DNA of 63,365 nt, the filler included, from Choristocarpus tenellus KU-1152 (lineage: Eukaryota > Protista > Phaeophyceae), in assembly GCA_964200185.2 (NCBI GenBank). It is 11 parts of 11 records of this genome, joined end to end, with 100 filler letters (N's around TTAATTAATTAA, not from the genome) between each part and the next. Parts side by side here need not be neighbours in the genome. Positions count along the whole stretch, not along the records: positions 40,985 to 52,438 come from CAXNAD020002309.1; positions 52,539 to 56,161 come from CAXNAD020018896.1; positions 56,262 to 63,365 come from CAXNAD020006693.1; 8 more parts are not named here. One strand, given 5' to 3'. The position numbers were made by a program, and so were the translations under genes. The notes under the pieces are model-generated. The model had not been told where the DNA came from. It worked only from the letters and a program-made list of their open reading frames with translations, and ran no database searches. Of this stretch, positions 49,717-62,713 are shown piece by piece (position 1 is the stretch's first letter; the number at the start of each line of letters is the position of its first letter).

Positions 49717-51645
49717 CTCCCTCTGTCCCATAAGTTTGGGTCGTTAAGTTGTAGCTCTTCGGGATGACCTCCGATTATAAAACGGACCTTTGCGATGGAT
49801 TCCTTGGAATATTTTGCATGAAAAACTGTGTCTTGTCTTTATTTGACACCATCGACCCACCAGTCCAGAGCCACCACATAGGCGACTCGGTCTACTTCTC
49901 CTGATCCAGCCAACCCGCCCTCCCGCATCTTTTTTTTAATCCTGATGTGCTCTACCTCGAAATCGTTCCCCCCCAGCGCCCTCAATACCTTATTGTACCT
50001 CTTGAACAGACTCTGTCACACCCTTTCGACCATGTCTGCGTTGTATGCATGCAACATGCTTGAAACCCCCTCTACAAGTTCATCAATGGTGCCTTAACAC
50101 TCCACGCAAACCCTGCTCTTCAGAGATGCAAAAACCCTAAAAAAATTAAAGTTGAGATATAGCGACTGCGCTGACTGCATCATGAGCTTCATGTTCCATC
50201 CCTCCTCCGTCCCTGATGCATTCAGCTTCCGCAACGTGCCCTTCCCCACATGCGGGGTTGCACTGTCCTGCTGTATGGAGCCCCCCCCCGATTCCAGCCG
50301 CGACATTTTCCCTTGATCACTGGCAACACCTGCTCTGCGTACTCTTTCAGGTACCATTTGGCGTCGACGGTGCCACACTGCAGTCCATTGTGCCTCCTTC
50401 ATGATGCAAACCCGCCAGATTCCGATTTTGCTGTTGAAATGATTGGACGGATCTGGACGCAAAACGGCGGAGAAGAACATAACTATGGGAATGTGACTCT
50501 TGTGCTGCACCTTGTCAAGTCCACCTTTTCAGGAACATGCACACTATCTCTAGTTCACGGATGAGGTAGGACCATGCCTCGTTGATGTGAATGGTGTTGA
50601 GGCCAGTCTTGCAGGTCTTGCGGTTGAAGGAGATCTGGTGGTAGAGGATGAAGTCCACCCTGCTCTTCTTGTGAGATAATGAAAGGCTAGAAGTGACGCG
50701 CTGCTGAACCCTTGTTGCCCCTATGACTTTGAGCCAGCAATGAAGCTTTGAACTGCCGACTGCGAGCCCTGCTTTGGTGAGCTTGGCGGAACGTTGATCA
50801 ATACTCAACGTGCGATTACTCATCTTCACTAGTTTCATTGGTGTAAAAGTCCGACGGCCATCCAGATCGTGCTTGTGATTTCAGGGAGACGGTATTCCCC
50901 CTGTCTAACTGTTCTTTGACGCGCGACCACATCCGTTTAGGGTATCTCTCTCCCACTCCAAAATTTTTCGCCAATTTAGAACCCACACCCCTCAAGAGTC
51001 TCTCATGACCCGGAGGAAGAGCCAATGCGTAACGCAGAGCAAGTGTGGTCCAACCTTCCTTGGTCCGCTCACAGTTCTTTTCCTGAGACGGTGGGCTTCA
51101 TGCCGGGGACGATGGGCTGAGTCGTGTCCGTTTGGGGGCCAAAATCAAATGTTGCAATTTTGATATAATTTTGCCTATCGTGTACGTTAGGCAGTGCCAA
51201 AATCCTTGTTCCGGATACACCTTCTCACAGTTATTAGACATGATACCTACTCCAAACATGCACATTTTACCTACTCCGAAACATTTGGGAGTAGCAAAAT
51301 ATCACAAGAAACGCATGGGAAGCCAAGCCCCAAACGGACAAACAGGACAAAAATCATACCCTCTAAGATACTTTCCCTCATCTGAGGGGGCTCGCCATGG
51401 GGGTTGTGAGAGTGTTGTGCGGCTCCACACTGCAACAGGAACATAAAAAAAGGGTAAGAACATGCCGCATTCTGTGTTCTATTCTTTCGGAACCATTTCA
51501 GAATAGAATTCTTCGTAGAAATCTTTGCATTTTGGACTTCTAATGTAAACTGTTCCAAGGAATCCAATGCAAAAGTCCGTTTTGTAATCGGAGTTCATCC
51601 CGAAGAGCTACAGCATAACGGTCGAGGCTTATGGGATAGAGGGAG
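49717..51645 (-). mobile_element. Full-length but inactivated DD39D mariner with Stowaway-like TIRs and TA TSD
   Basis: TA|CTCCCTCTGTCCCATAAG ... CTTATGGGATAGAGGGAG|TA, ~95-bp imperfect TIRs; transposase pieces IHINEAWSYL, QHKSHIPIVMF, IQQDSATPH, QSAQSLYLN. Confidence 0.93.
51119..51379 (-). mobile_element. MITE A inserted in the mariner 5' region (one TIR partly deleted)
   Basis: Family homology. Confidence 0.88.
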
Positions 51646-51915
51646 TATATTTTTTGTTAGTAGTTGTATTAGAGTATGTGGATCAATATGTACATGTGGA
51701 CTGGGTTTTCACGCATCGCCCCACTGTTTGTCCTTGCAGTTTAGTCTAGTATAGAGACCAAATATCGATGCAGGTAAACACACTCCTAATCTAATACTGG
51801 AGTGTATATCATGCAAGGAAACATACTCATACCACACATGATCTTCATGCCGGGTTTGTCGAACACCTTGGAGTCCACGAATACAAGCTCACTCTTCATT
51901 GTGAGTCGGCACACT

Positions 51916-52438
51916 ACATCACAGCTGTCATTTCACTACTCAGTATGTACCCCCCCCCCCCCCCCCCCCCCCCACTTTGCCCGACGAACCCACAAAAACA
52001 AAAACAACAAAAAAACCCCCCCCTCCCCCAGATACTTTGAGCCAGATGCACAAACAACAAATACAAGAGAAGACAGTCACAGGGCAAAGCTATCTAAATG
52101 GCTGAAATAAGAGGTTCTGATGAAGCCTTCTACTCTTTCCAATCTCGAACTGACGTCTTCCGACTCCTGCAATTCAGATGCATGTAGGGAGGACAAGTAG
52201 TAAAGCAGGAAGGGGTGAGGAAACGACCGCGTTGTTTGTTTAATGTGTAGCAAAGATGGCCATACAAAGTGGGACTGCCCCGATCTTTTATTGGACTAGG
52301 CACGCAAGTGCACACACAAGACCGGGGTAGGACGACAGCCAAAAAGGAATGAGCAGCAGATGCAAGGGGATATGCTGTTGAACTATCCCACACTGGACCC
52401 GCGGCTTTTATGGTGCTTTAATGAAGGACAAAGAACAG
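51916..52438 (-). mobile_element. Deleted copy of the copia-like LTR family (LTR end 52376-52438), with a poly-C MITE at ~51950-52043
   Basis: tgatgaagccttc...tctcgaactgacgtcttcc and acatcacagctgtca shared with 24240-24700; cactggacccgcggcttt shared with the LTR. Confidence 0.78.
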
Positions 52439-52625
52439 NNNNNNNNNNNNNNNNNNNNNNNNNNNNNNNNNNNNNNNNNNNNTTAATTAATTAANNNNNN
52501 NNNNNNNNNNNNNNNNNNNNNNNNNNNNNNNNNNNNNNGGGGGTTAATGTGATTGTGTTGCGAACAAACAAAAAATGCCTGACTTTTTTTCTTTTTTTTT
52601 GTGATTGATTGTTTCATCGTTGTAG

Positions 52626-52747
52626 TCCTTCCTATCAACATTTTTCACGGAGGCTATCAGACCAGCAGTGCCCCCATTCGTGTGAGCTACCATGGACGAA
52701 ATCACTACAATGCTGTTGTTGACCCCACGGCGCCAACAGTTGGACAG
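52626..52747 (+). CDS. Exon of an OTU-domain deubiquitinase (OTUD5-like) containing the catalytic His loop
   Basis: [32 protein letters not shown]; flanked by AG/GT. Confidence 0.88.
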
Positions 52748-55531
52748 GTTGGTTTACAAGTATTGGTTTGTTTGTTGAGTGGTGTGTGTGGCGTGTGCCC
52801 TTGTTGGGGTGGGACACGCATTGAAGGGTGGATTGATAGAGGCCAAGAAAGAAGAGTGCTTTCGCGATTGTATCCTGCTTGCTCTATTGTGCGATATATG
52901 TGGATGTACCAGTGTTGAAGATCTTGCTGAGGATAGGCTGGCGTGAGATGTGTAGTTGGGGCCAGGTAAGTAAGTACTGAAGTGATAAGCAAGTTTGGGG
53001 TAGGTGAAGGTAATGATGTTGAGGAAGCCGATGATGGTATGAGATGCTAGCTCTGTTTGGAAGTACAGTGTGGGTCTGGATGTCGAACCGCTTAACTCAC
53101 TCCCTTCAATGAGTTTTTTTTTTTCTAATGGATTTCACCGCTGTGTGGAGGTCGCACTGTGTGTGATCGGTCAGTTAAAAAAAAATCAAATTCTGGTGAC
53201 ATTTTGCGGCTTGGGGGAATGAGGGGAGCGCTGTGAGAGAAGGGTAACACCAAGGTGCCTAAATTTTGAAATTTTGAAATCTCTGGTCAGAGCATTCCCA
53301 GACCCACATTGGGCACACGCACCGGGTTGAAAAGAACAGGGAGAACATGGCAGTGGTGGGAATGCGTTGGTGCTTCGAGGCACCAAGGATGATAAGGATA
53401 ACAAGGATGGCATCCTTAATGCACGGCGACTTCAACAATGTTGCTGAGAATGTTTGGGAGCAAAATGTTCAGACCATCTCAAGACTTAAGAGGTAACTGC
53501 GCGATCCGAAGTATAGGCCGGTGCTCTGGATCCCCAAGAGTGGGGGGCAGGGGTGGCGGTAGGGGAGTTCTGACAGAAAGAGGTACCGTTCAATGGCGAT
53601 GAATTACGAGATGATCACGAGACGTTTTCTTACAAGAAAAGAAGAAGTTCGCACGACGACGCACAGTGCACCCTGGTGACTAGGCTGAGAGTACCGTTGT
53701 TTTGAATCTGTGAGACAAAATGAAGAACGTTGTTTTCGAGGGCGTGTTCAAATCTACCTTATCTTAGGCTGTTTCTTTCTGATGGGCATGTGGAAGTTGT
53801 GGAGAGGTCGAGGCAGGCAGGCAGGCAGCGTGCTGGGTTGCTGAGGGACCTGGAGAATTAAAGAGCTTTCGCCGTTTCGAAGGCTTTGTCCATCCAGATG
53901 GGAAGTGATTTTTCTTCTGCAAGGGTGTGGTTGGAGGTACGGCCTCTATGATGAGGACGAATCTCTTGCCTGTGAGGTCCAGCACATTAGTCACGTTCCC
54001 TGAATTCCGATCCTGCGGTATATTTCCGAACAGAGGACGTATTGAATACTTACCGTTGTCAAGAGCATGTGTGTGTGTGTATTGATGGTATACCTTCCGA
54101 TGTCATATTGATCTGCAGAGATGCACACCAATACCTACCTACCTGGTTGGTGGGGGAGTCTCTGATTCGTTTTCGAAATTGACGTGTTTGCCTATTTTAT
54201 TTGTGACTGTATTCACTCTCCTGGTTGGATAGAATGGGGTGGGGTGTGGGAAAAGGTGCAATCGTGATATGCTTGGGGGAATGGTTTGGGCATGTTATGG
54301 TATGTATGTATGTATGTATGTATGTACGTATCTCTTCTTCCCCCAATATGCTAAGAGAGTGTTGGTGTGTGTTTGCGTGTGTGGATGGGTGACTTCGGGA
54401 ATGAGCGTCTGGGATGTGCGTGGTACTTTCTCTGAAAAGAGTAGAGTTTGAAGGTTGTTGCAGGTGGGTCGGTCGACATAGCCCTCCTTTACCCCATATG
54501 TCTGGAGTTGGTACTGGGTCTGGGAGGGAGTACTTGAAGGTAGTAGGTAGAAGAAAAATCTGTAGAACACGGTTCGGTCTTCTTACTGTGGATTGTGTGT
54601 GCAAGATGTGCTGGTCCTTTTCTCCCTCCCTCCCTCCCTCCCTCCCTCCCTTCCTAAGATTTGTATACCCTGTAGATGATGATACTAATATACGATAAAT
54701 AATGGCACTAATAAACGGTGTCAGGTGTTGAGCCCATCTGTCTAGGGTTTGTAGCTAGAGGGAAGAGGAGACACTTACCCGAGGACGGTGAGGAACAGGA
54801 GCCGAACAAGAGTAAAGGCTCGTACAGTTAGTTATCTCCAGTGGACTAGTTTGATAGCTTAGGGTTAGGGTTAGGTGCAACACGGCGTGGTCCTGCTTGG
54901 GGGATCAACCGATAGTCTCGAACGCGGGACATGACGAGATGACAGCTTAGGTTTGTATCAGAGATGTAGTTAAATCCCGTTTGTTGAGAGGTTTAGGGAC
55001 AAAGTGGTTCTCCTGAGAGAAGGAAGGCGTGCGATTTCCATCCCGATCAACGGTGTGTGTGCTGTTCGGCCTGGCCGTGACGTCCTTGACTGCCTCCTCG
55101 AGGGCCTTAGCATCTGATTTGACCGCCTGCAATGTCTAGCACGTGTAGATAAAACATTGGATCGTTTTGAGCTAACGGTGAACTGTAGTGCTGGAAAATG
55201 GGGTTAGAAATGGGTTTTCACGTACAGGCAGAGGCGTTCCTAGTGGACAGTTGCGCTTATCAGGCGCGGGCGGGGCATCCTTTTTTGTTTGTTTGTTTGT
55301 TTGTTTGTTTGTCTGAGATGTGGTATTCGATAGATAATGCATACCTACGACATGCATGCTTGGCTATCCAAATGGAGGTGCCATGATTATGAAGGTGCTT
55401 CTGTCTTGCGAACTGGTTGATGGATCTCTCTGGTGTCCCAGGATAACCCTTGTTTTCGTCAGTGCACTGACCTTCAACACATTCGCGCTCGACTCTTTTT
55501 TCTTTTTTCTTTTTCTTTCATTTTTTTCTCC

Positions 55532-55575
55532 TTAGGGTTAGGGTTTTAGGGTTAGGGTTAGGGTTAGGGTTAGGG
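55532..55575. repeat. Interstitial telomeric repeat (TTAGGG), about 7 units; shorter arrays at 12285-12309, 14355-14369, 40101-40125, 54859-54875, 55881-55899
   Basis: Read directly from the sequence. Confidence 0.93.
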
Positions 55576-56669
55576 ATGTTCTCACTCGCGACGACGAGCT
55601 GTAACCCTGCTCTTATCGGGACGGAGGGTTTGTTTGATATGAGGGGAGTCAATTCTGGATTGCTTTTGATCGTTTGTTGCTGTCGCCAAACTAGGTTTTA
55701 TCAAAACTGAACCGAATCTTTTGTGGACTTTTTTAGGTACGGGATTAACCAGCGAGAAGGAGTTTTCGATTTTTCCTTTTTTTGTGGTACGATATCTGGA
55801 AACAAATTGGATTTTTTTTTCATTATAGAGTCGGTGGCCTTTGTAAAGAGATTATCGTTTTGGGACCAGTCGGTCGGGTTGGGTTAGGGTTAGGGTTAGT
55901 GGACGCGTGTGAAGCTTTTGGGCAATTCTCTAGCCTTAGGGGGTGTGGACTGGTCACGTGCTTTTTTGGTTAGACGGTTAGAGGTATACCTTGTATGAGG
56001 GTTGTCGTGTTGTTCGTGATTTTTGGACAAGATTATTATTAAAATAAGAGGGATTAAAAAAAAGAGAAATATCTTGATTTTGTGTTGAGCTGCCAGATTT
56101 TAATTTTGTTGGAAATGTGCAGATTGCTGTGGACTGGGACTGTGCACATGGGAGGGGGGGGNNNNNNNNNNNNNNNNNNNNNNNNNNNNNNNNNNNNNNN
56201 NNNNNTTAATTAATTAANNNNNNNNNNNNNNNNNNNNNNNNNNNNNNNNNNNNNNNNNNNNTCCAAAGCTTACCTCCACAGGATGTATAGCTCCAATCCA
56301 CAGGCCTATAGATGACGCTGATGCTCGTACAAGCCTCCCAGGATACTCCGACGATCAAAGGTCCAACGAAGATGATGATTATCCAGTATGCAGATGAGAG
56401 TACTCTTATGAATCAATAAGCATGAATGTGAGAATTGGTATCAATTAAGAGTGAGTCCTGGGGGGGCTTGAGCCGTTTGGTATCTCTTATCATTATTTAC
56501 CGTTTTGTTTCTTTGGTTTACAGACTTTGGAATACATCTGAGAACCGTTGCAACCTTGCCAAGTTACAGATTTCATTCTGCAACCTTTGGCAAATTGGCG
56601 TTCCCACTTTTGGGGTTCCATGCGCATATACACTGCTCACACCGGTTAAAGCGCTGTAAGAAATACTCA

Positions 56670-57218
56670 CGCTATTCACCTGTAACAATACTATGTGTTG
56701 CGGTCATGTTGGTTGGTGTGAGCTCCGAAGGCCGCCCACTATGTGCCGCCAGCCCTAGGTCAAGCGTGTGGCCACGGGAGAGCTGATCGGCGACACCCTA
56801 CCAGAGCCCTCGTATGTAGCACTCGGACACTCCAAACTCCACTGTGAGGCCCGGCCCAACATGTCGCAGCAGCTTGGGCTCGCCAGGGACCATCACGAGG
56901 GCGTGCCGCACTGCAAGTACAACCGTGGTATTCATGGACACTTGGGCACCCTTCTACGAGGGGAGTCGATGGGGGGGTTGCCATGCCGACGTTCCGACCC
57001 TCGACCTGCCCAGTTCTGACTCAAAATCACCCCAAAAGATCTTTACTTTGACGACCCGAAGCACGTCGAGTTTGTACCTGATGATCCTCGACCCCCACCT
57101 TTCTGAAAGCTGAGATTATCAACCCGATTTCATTCTATTGGTTTATCGTCCGATTCGGTGCTTTTCTCACTCAGCGGCTCCAGATGTTTCGCGGCACAAA
57201 CTTAAGGCACAGAGGTAG
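56670..57218 (-). mobile_element. 5' fragment of the same mariner family as 17715-18595, inserted at a TA inside a MITE A
   Basis: Reverse-complement homology to 17715-18170; TIR ...cacagaggtag|TA followed by a MITE A right half (57221-57352). Confidence 0.85.
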
Positions 57219-57598
57219 TACGAAAAGGTGTATCTGGAACAAGGATATTAACACTTTCACACAAACACGATACCCCAAATTACAACAAAATCAAAACATT
57301 GGATTTTGACCCCCAAATGGACGCGGCCATACCCTCTATGATACTTTCACTCCAAAGAAGAGTGCGACTACCTTCACAGACGTATTAACCTTGCCCAGGT
57401 CGCGACGTTCCATATCCTCCACCATAGTGTTCAGAAAGGTGCATTTAGTATCCATCTCAAAAGGTATTATTACTTGTTGCTTAAATTGTACTTCAACTGG
57501 ATTTTAGCTCTATATTCTACACTCTTCTAATGGAAGTAAGAAGGGCTTTTCGCTTTACGTATGCATATATATTATCTACCACCTTTGACAGCAAGTTT

Positions 57599-57853
57599 GA
57601 GAAAGTATCTTAGAGGGTACGAATTTTGTCCTGTTTGTCCGTTTGGGGCTTGGCTTCCCACTGTTTTTTTATGACATTTTTCCACTCCGAAATGTTTCTG
57701 AGTAAGGTAAAATGTGTGTTATGAAAAGGTGTATCTGGAACAAAGATATTGACAATTCCTAACAAACACGTTTGCCAAAACTACATCAAAATCGCAACAT
57801 TGGATTTTGACCCCCAAATGAATGCGGCTCTACCCTCTAAGATACTTTGACTC
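57599..57853 (+). mobile_element. MITE A full copy
   Basis: Both TIRs and the internal consensus are present. Confidence 0.9.
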
Positions 57854-58339
57854 TGATTGAACTAGATCGGTCCAGTGATCGGTCTGGACAAAATTTATGT
57901 TTTAACAGCACCTGGGTGGGGTCATCGAGATGTGCATCAAACTGGATCGCGGAAAGGGCAGAAATACGTTTTAACAGAGCAGGACTGGGACCGAGCCACG
58001 GACTGGGCCAATGTCCCGGTCCAACCAGTTGGTCTGGTTAACCAACGGTCTTGTCTAAATCCCAGGGAAAAGTCGTCAACCACATCTTCACCCCATACGA
58101 GCAGTGAACGACCATCACCAACTATATCGGTACACTGCACAATCAACTCCATGAATTCAACAGGAACGTAGTACCAAGCTACCACACAGAGTTGCTGTAT
58201 ATATAGCACTCCCTGTAGAGTTCGTGGGCATGCAGGAATAACTGGTGTATCTACTCCAAACCTCAGCGGGGAGGGAATCAAGGGATGTGTAGATCAATAT
58301 TCCTAGAGCTTGGCAAACACACTAGGTATGGTATGCCTT

Positions 58340-58560
58340 CATGGTTATGTCTTTGGCAATGGCCGAGCTGGTTGGATATGGATGTAGTTGCAATATATTC
58401 CCCGACATGAAGGTGATGTGGAGGAAACAAGGTGCATCCCCTGTCTTAACTGCTTTTGCATAACAACGGCACCTTCAAAATTGCTCGGGCACCATTGGAT
58501 GATGTACGGAAGTATTGTGAGATAATCAATCAACAAATCACTCTCACGAAGGAGTTCCTC
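58340..58560 (-). pseudogene. Possible hAT transposase remnant
   Basis: FEGAVVMQK...P..RGIYCNYIHIQ resembles the hAT DGA..M...C..H motif. Confidence 0.3.
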
Positions 58561-58989
58561 TACAATAAAAGTGAATGATAGAGATAGGAGGTTTATTTTG
58601 GGTTCCTTTGCTCTATGACAACGTTATCTGGAAAACGTAGAAGTGGATTATATTGTATATATACTCCGACGAATACAAACTGGAGAACAAAGAAAATGGA
58701 AATGCAATAATGATGATATGTCTTCACTTTAGTCCGGGGACTACTTGACCCATGGTCAGACGAACTATGTATCACATACTACTATCCTATATTTCATAGT
58801 TTCTCACAAACTTATGCTACTGTACCTAACTACTGTTCCACGTTTTGTACTGCCTGCCTCCAATTCCTATCTTGCTTCTTGAGTTCAGCACTTCCACCGA
58901 CAACCCCTCCGTTTCCTCCATCCGAACTGAACCTGTATTGATTTTTCCACTCGATATTTTTATACCCTCATGTTGTAGAAGAGAGTATT

Positions 58990-59760
58990 ATTATATTATT
59001 ATGCCCTCCGAAATTTTACAGATGTGTCAGGGAAAAACCAAAGCTATATCACAAGGACCCCAATAAAAATAATAACTGTCGTTGGTGCCAAAGATAACCT
59101 CCCTAAATAGTATTTTCTATTTGAAAGAAAATACAAGAATGCCCCCTAAGTGTTGACAATTACAATGTAGAGTGCACACTGTTGCTATACCTTTATCCTA
59201 GCTTAGCCCTACAAAGGTGACTGAGGAGCTAGGGAATCATCTGAACAATCTGACAGGCCCCTTCTTGCCCACCACCAGGTCTGCCTGGTGTCACTACCTT
59301 GAAATGCATGATGCATCTCGAGAGAGCCACTTGTGAAATGACGGACAATCTCTGTCTCAAATGGGACTCAACAGCCCCTTCCTAACGTGACCTCCCGCAC
59401 CTCTCCTCCCTACTCTGCGCATGTCTAACTTACCTAAGAAGAGTTTTGCTTGCTTTCCAAGGTGCCCAAAACTTTCGACTGCAAGATGCTGAAATTAAAA
59501 CTTCGAGGGTCAAAAGAATCGTTGTAGTGGTTGCGCTTTCGTACGGCAGAAGTAGCTACATCATTTCTATTGAATGGGTGGGGGGAGATGCTAGGCTGCT
59601 TGCTTAGACTTCTCCAAAAACATCCAGAAGGAAGACTTTGTTCTGGTGGGGAGTTGATCCAGCGTTGTCTGCAAATGGCCCATCATGGATTACCACATCA
59701 CAGCAAAAACTCTGGTCCGCTATGAATTAGGTACCATCCTCCATTGTGGAAGGGATGCCT
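58990..59760 (-). mobile_element. CRE-like LINE 3' fragment
   Basis: RKRNHYNDSFDPRSFN, QVALSR and the family 3' UTR on the minus strand. Confidence 0.75.
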
Positions 59761-62208
59761 ATTTCCTTGCAGAGCTGGGCTAGGCGTTTCACTATTGGTG
59801 TGTGCTGGCGTACTTGTCCTCTTGCCTTGGGATAGGTGCAGGCATTTGGGATGTTGACATTGGTAGTATGGTGTAGGTGACCAAAAAAGTGTTTCTAAAC
59901 AAGTATTTATGAACAGGAGAGGAAGCTTGAACAAAAAAAAACATGTTCATGTTTAGTTTTAGTTTGTAGGAGCAGTGAAATTCTCTAAAATCCTTATAAC
60001 GGTAGAAATAATAGAGATGTAATACCGCTGCATCACCCTAAACATGGACATCCACCTGTACAAGAAAGTTACTTGTTCAAAACGGGAGGAATATCGAGGC
60101 CACTACAGCCCCGTAATCGGGCTTAGGACTTGGAATCGGGCTAATCCGTCGCTGCTGGTCGCAAGGATTGAAGGAATATGGCAGACGACGACGTTAGTGA
60201 CAGGGAAATGGAGGTACGAGGTGTCGAGCAAGATAGGGAGACTCATGGAGCGAGACTAGGATGGGGGTCAGGGGATGAATGCGACGATTGTTTTTCTTTG
60301 GAAGGAGTCACATTCCTCCTCTAGTTGCAAGATCGATATTATACGACCATTCTTATCGAGATTCTGGTTGTTGGGCGGTTAGAAACCACATCTCGCCGGA
60401 CAAGGGAAAGGTAAGACTGGATCCTTGCCCTTTCACAAACTTAGCTACTTCTGGCTCCTTGTGTGCAGCACGCTTTCTGGTGCATTTTTATGCTCAATAC
60501 TATACCCGAGGTGACAATGCTATGTTTGTAAATTGAGGTTTGCCCCTATATGTTCCCTCTTCAGCATTGCTACTACTGTGTCACGGGCATTGAAATGAGG
60601 TACTGGGGAGCAGAGGCCAGACGGCCAGGGTCATATTCTTTGCGGCGAGTGAGGTCGTCAACGATTCCAGAGTAATCCTTGGTTATGTTCATTTCGTCAT
60701 TACCGATTCATCTTGTACAACCAAGATGTTCTTGTGAAGATAACCATTATTTTTTTGCGACGAAGTCGTATTCACCCAATCCGGTGCAGAGTGAAGCCAA
60801 TCCCCCAAAAGGGTCCTGTCTAATAAAAAGTCTGTGTATCTTGCCATCATAGCATTGGGTGTGATACATGCTACAATAAACTACAAGGGAAATGATTACA
60901 GTGTGGAAGTCCAACGACGGCGTTGGGTCCTTTTGGCAAGGGTGAAGTTTTCCAGGTCTTCTGTGAGAAATTGTGATCAATTTGGAAGAGGGTAGATCTA
61001 ACGTATTGATCCACGAACGCCCTCTGGTGCACACGGAATCGCGAAAGTCTTTGCGGAACGCACGATGACCACATTCTTCTGCGCCCAAATGCCGGTGGCT
61101 GTGCTGGCAATATGGTTTTGTCTGCTGTCCACATCATCAATGACTGTACCTACAATGCAGTCTGCGAGATCCTCTTCTATATATTCATCCAAACATTTTC
61201 AAGCCTGCATTTCTACGATTGAAGCTTAGTTGAGTTGACTAGATACAATGTCAAGGCCATGTTTTTCTGTCCACCTCCGCACATGTAGCCTGCTACCATT
61301 CAGCTCTTAATCTCTTGATCTGCACCTTGGCTAACCTTTACATAAATTGGCATGATCACTCACCCACACTGCTCCCCTTCAATTACATGCAATGGGATTT
61401 GGATGCCCAGTTAACTAGAATTTCCAAAATCGATTCCCTTTTGGTAGGCAGATTGAACATGAAATAAGAGACGCCATAGCTCTCTCAAGGGGAAACTACG
61501 TTAGTTTATTGCCCAGCACAATAATATCTGCCAGAGACACTGCTGTATCATGAAAATTGCATTAAAGATCACCAATATGGTAGTGCATACTGTATACATG
61601 GAATCCTTTTTCTTCCTCAAAAGGAATCAAGTACCCTAGTTAACTGAAAAAAGAGCGATTTTTGTTCGTTAGTCTATACCCAGAACCCAATACTCAGTTA
61701 AGATAGCGTCTGCTTCCATGTTATTTTTCTTCTTGCTTATGCTGGCTCCATTTTGTTCTACACGACCTATCTGCCTTGCTTCATACTTCATTAGCATGCT
61801 GGAGCAGGTGCAGTCTCCCAATCATTGCACCGACTTCGTCACGAGGATTGTCCCAATGGACTGGCTTCATTAATTATTACAAAGAGCAAACATGCCAATC
61901 TGGCCCTGCGATTTTCAGTACAACTGTCTTGTGTTTTTGTTTTGTGTTGACCTTATCAAGGTGCTTTTTAGTCGCTGATTATCATGGTTGCTTGATGGCT
62001 CGGGTTGATTGGCCGATTGGTTTGTTAGTTGTTTGGTTGCTGGATTGCTGTATTGTTGGGCTATTTGGTTGTTCTGTTGTTTGTATGGTCGGTCTGTTGG
62101 TTGTCCCAGTTTGTTGGTATCAGTTATTACTTGGCTGTTTGATTTGGTTGATTTATCGGTTGAGCTTTATCATTTGCCCAGTTTGCACAATCTTGGGGGA
62201 CTGGACTA

Positions 62209-62340
62209 AGATGTTAATTACATGAGATGTTAATTACATGAGAAGTTAATTACATGAGAAGTTAATTACATGAGATGTTAATTACATGAGATGTTAATTA
62301 CATGAGATGTTAATTACATGAGATGTTAATTACATGAGAT
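62209..62340. repeat. Minisatellite, 16-bp unit GATGTTAATTACATGA x8
   Basis: Direct repetition. Confidence 0.95.
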
Positions 62341-62668
62341 AACCCTTTTCATGTACACGTATTTATGTTTCATTGGGTTTCCCTCTTACCTCCTCGTAGT
62401 TGCGTCCAGACTTGTCGAAGGATCAGGTCTTTAGACAGAAAACAACATAATTTCCACGTGTTTTAAGCACGCTCGCTTGACTTCAGTAGACAGAAAACAA
62501 CAAACATGAACAGGCTGGGGGGGGGGGGGGGGGGGGGGGTTAGACCTTGGATGGCGTTTAAAAGCTTGGTATGTCAAAGTTTGTGTTGACTTACACTGAG
62601 TTTCTTCTGTCTTACTGAAGTAGACATGTGGTGAACATCTTCGCCATCATGGTATTGTATTTTAAGAT

Positions 62669-62671
<3 letters not shown>

Positions 62672-62712
<41 letters not shown>
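62672..62712. repeat. (CA)n microsatellite
   Basis: Read directly from the sequence. Confidence 0.95.

Positions 62713-62713
<1 letters not shown>

Noticed and set aside
55532-55575. True chromosome end, or next OTU exon encoding GLG
   Set aside because: The array is internal to the contig, and splicing at the available AG gives GGT TAG (stop) rather than GLG
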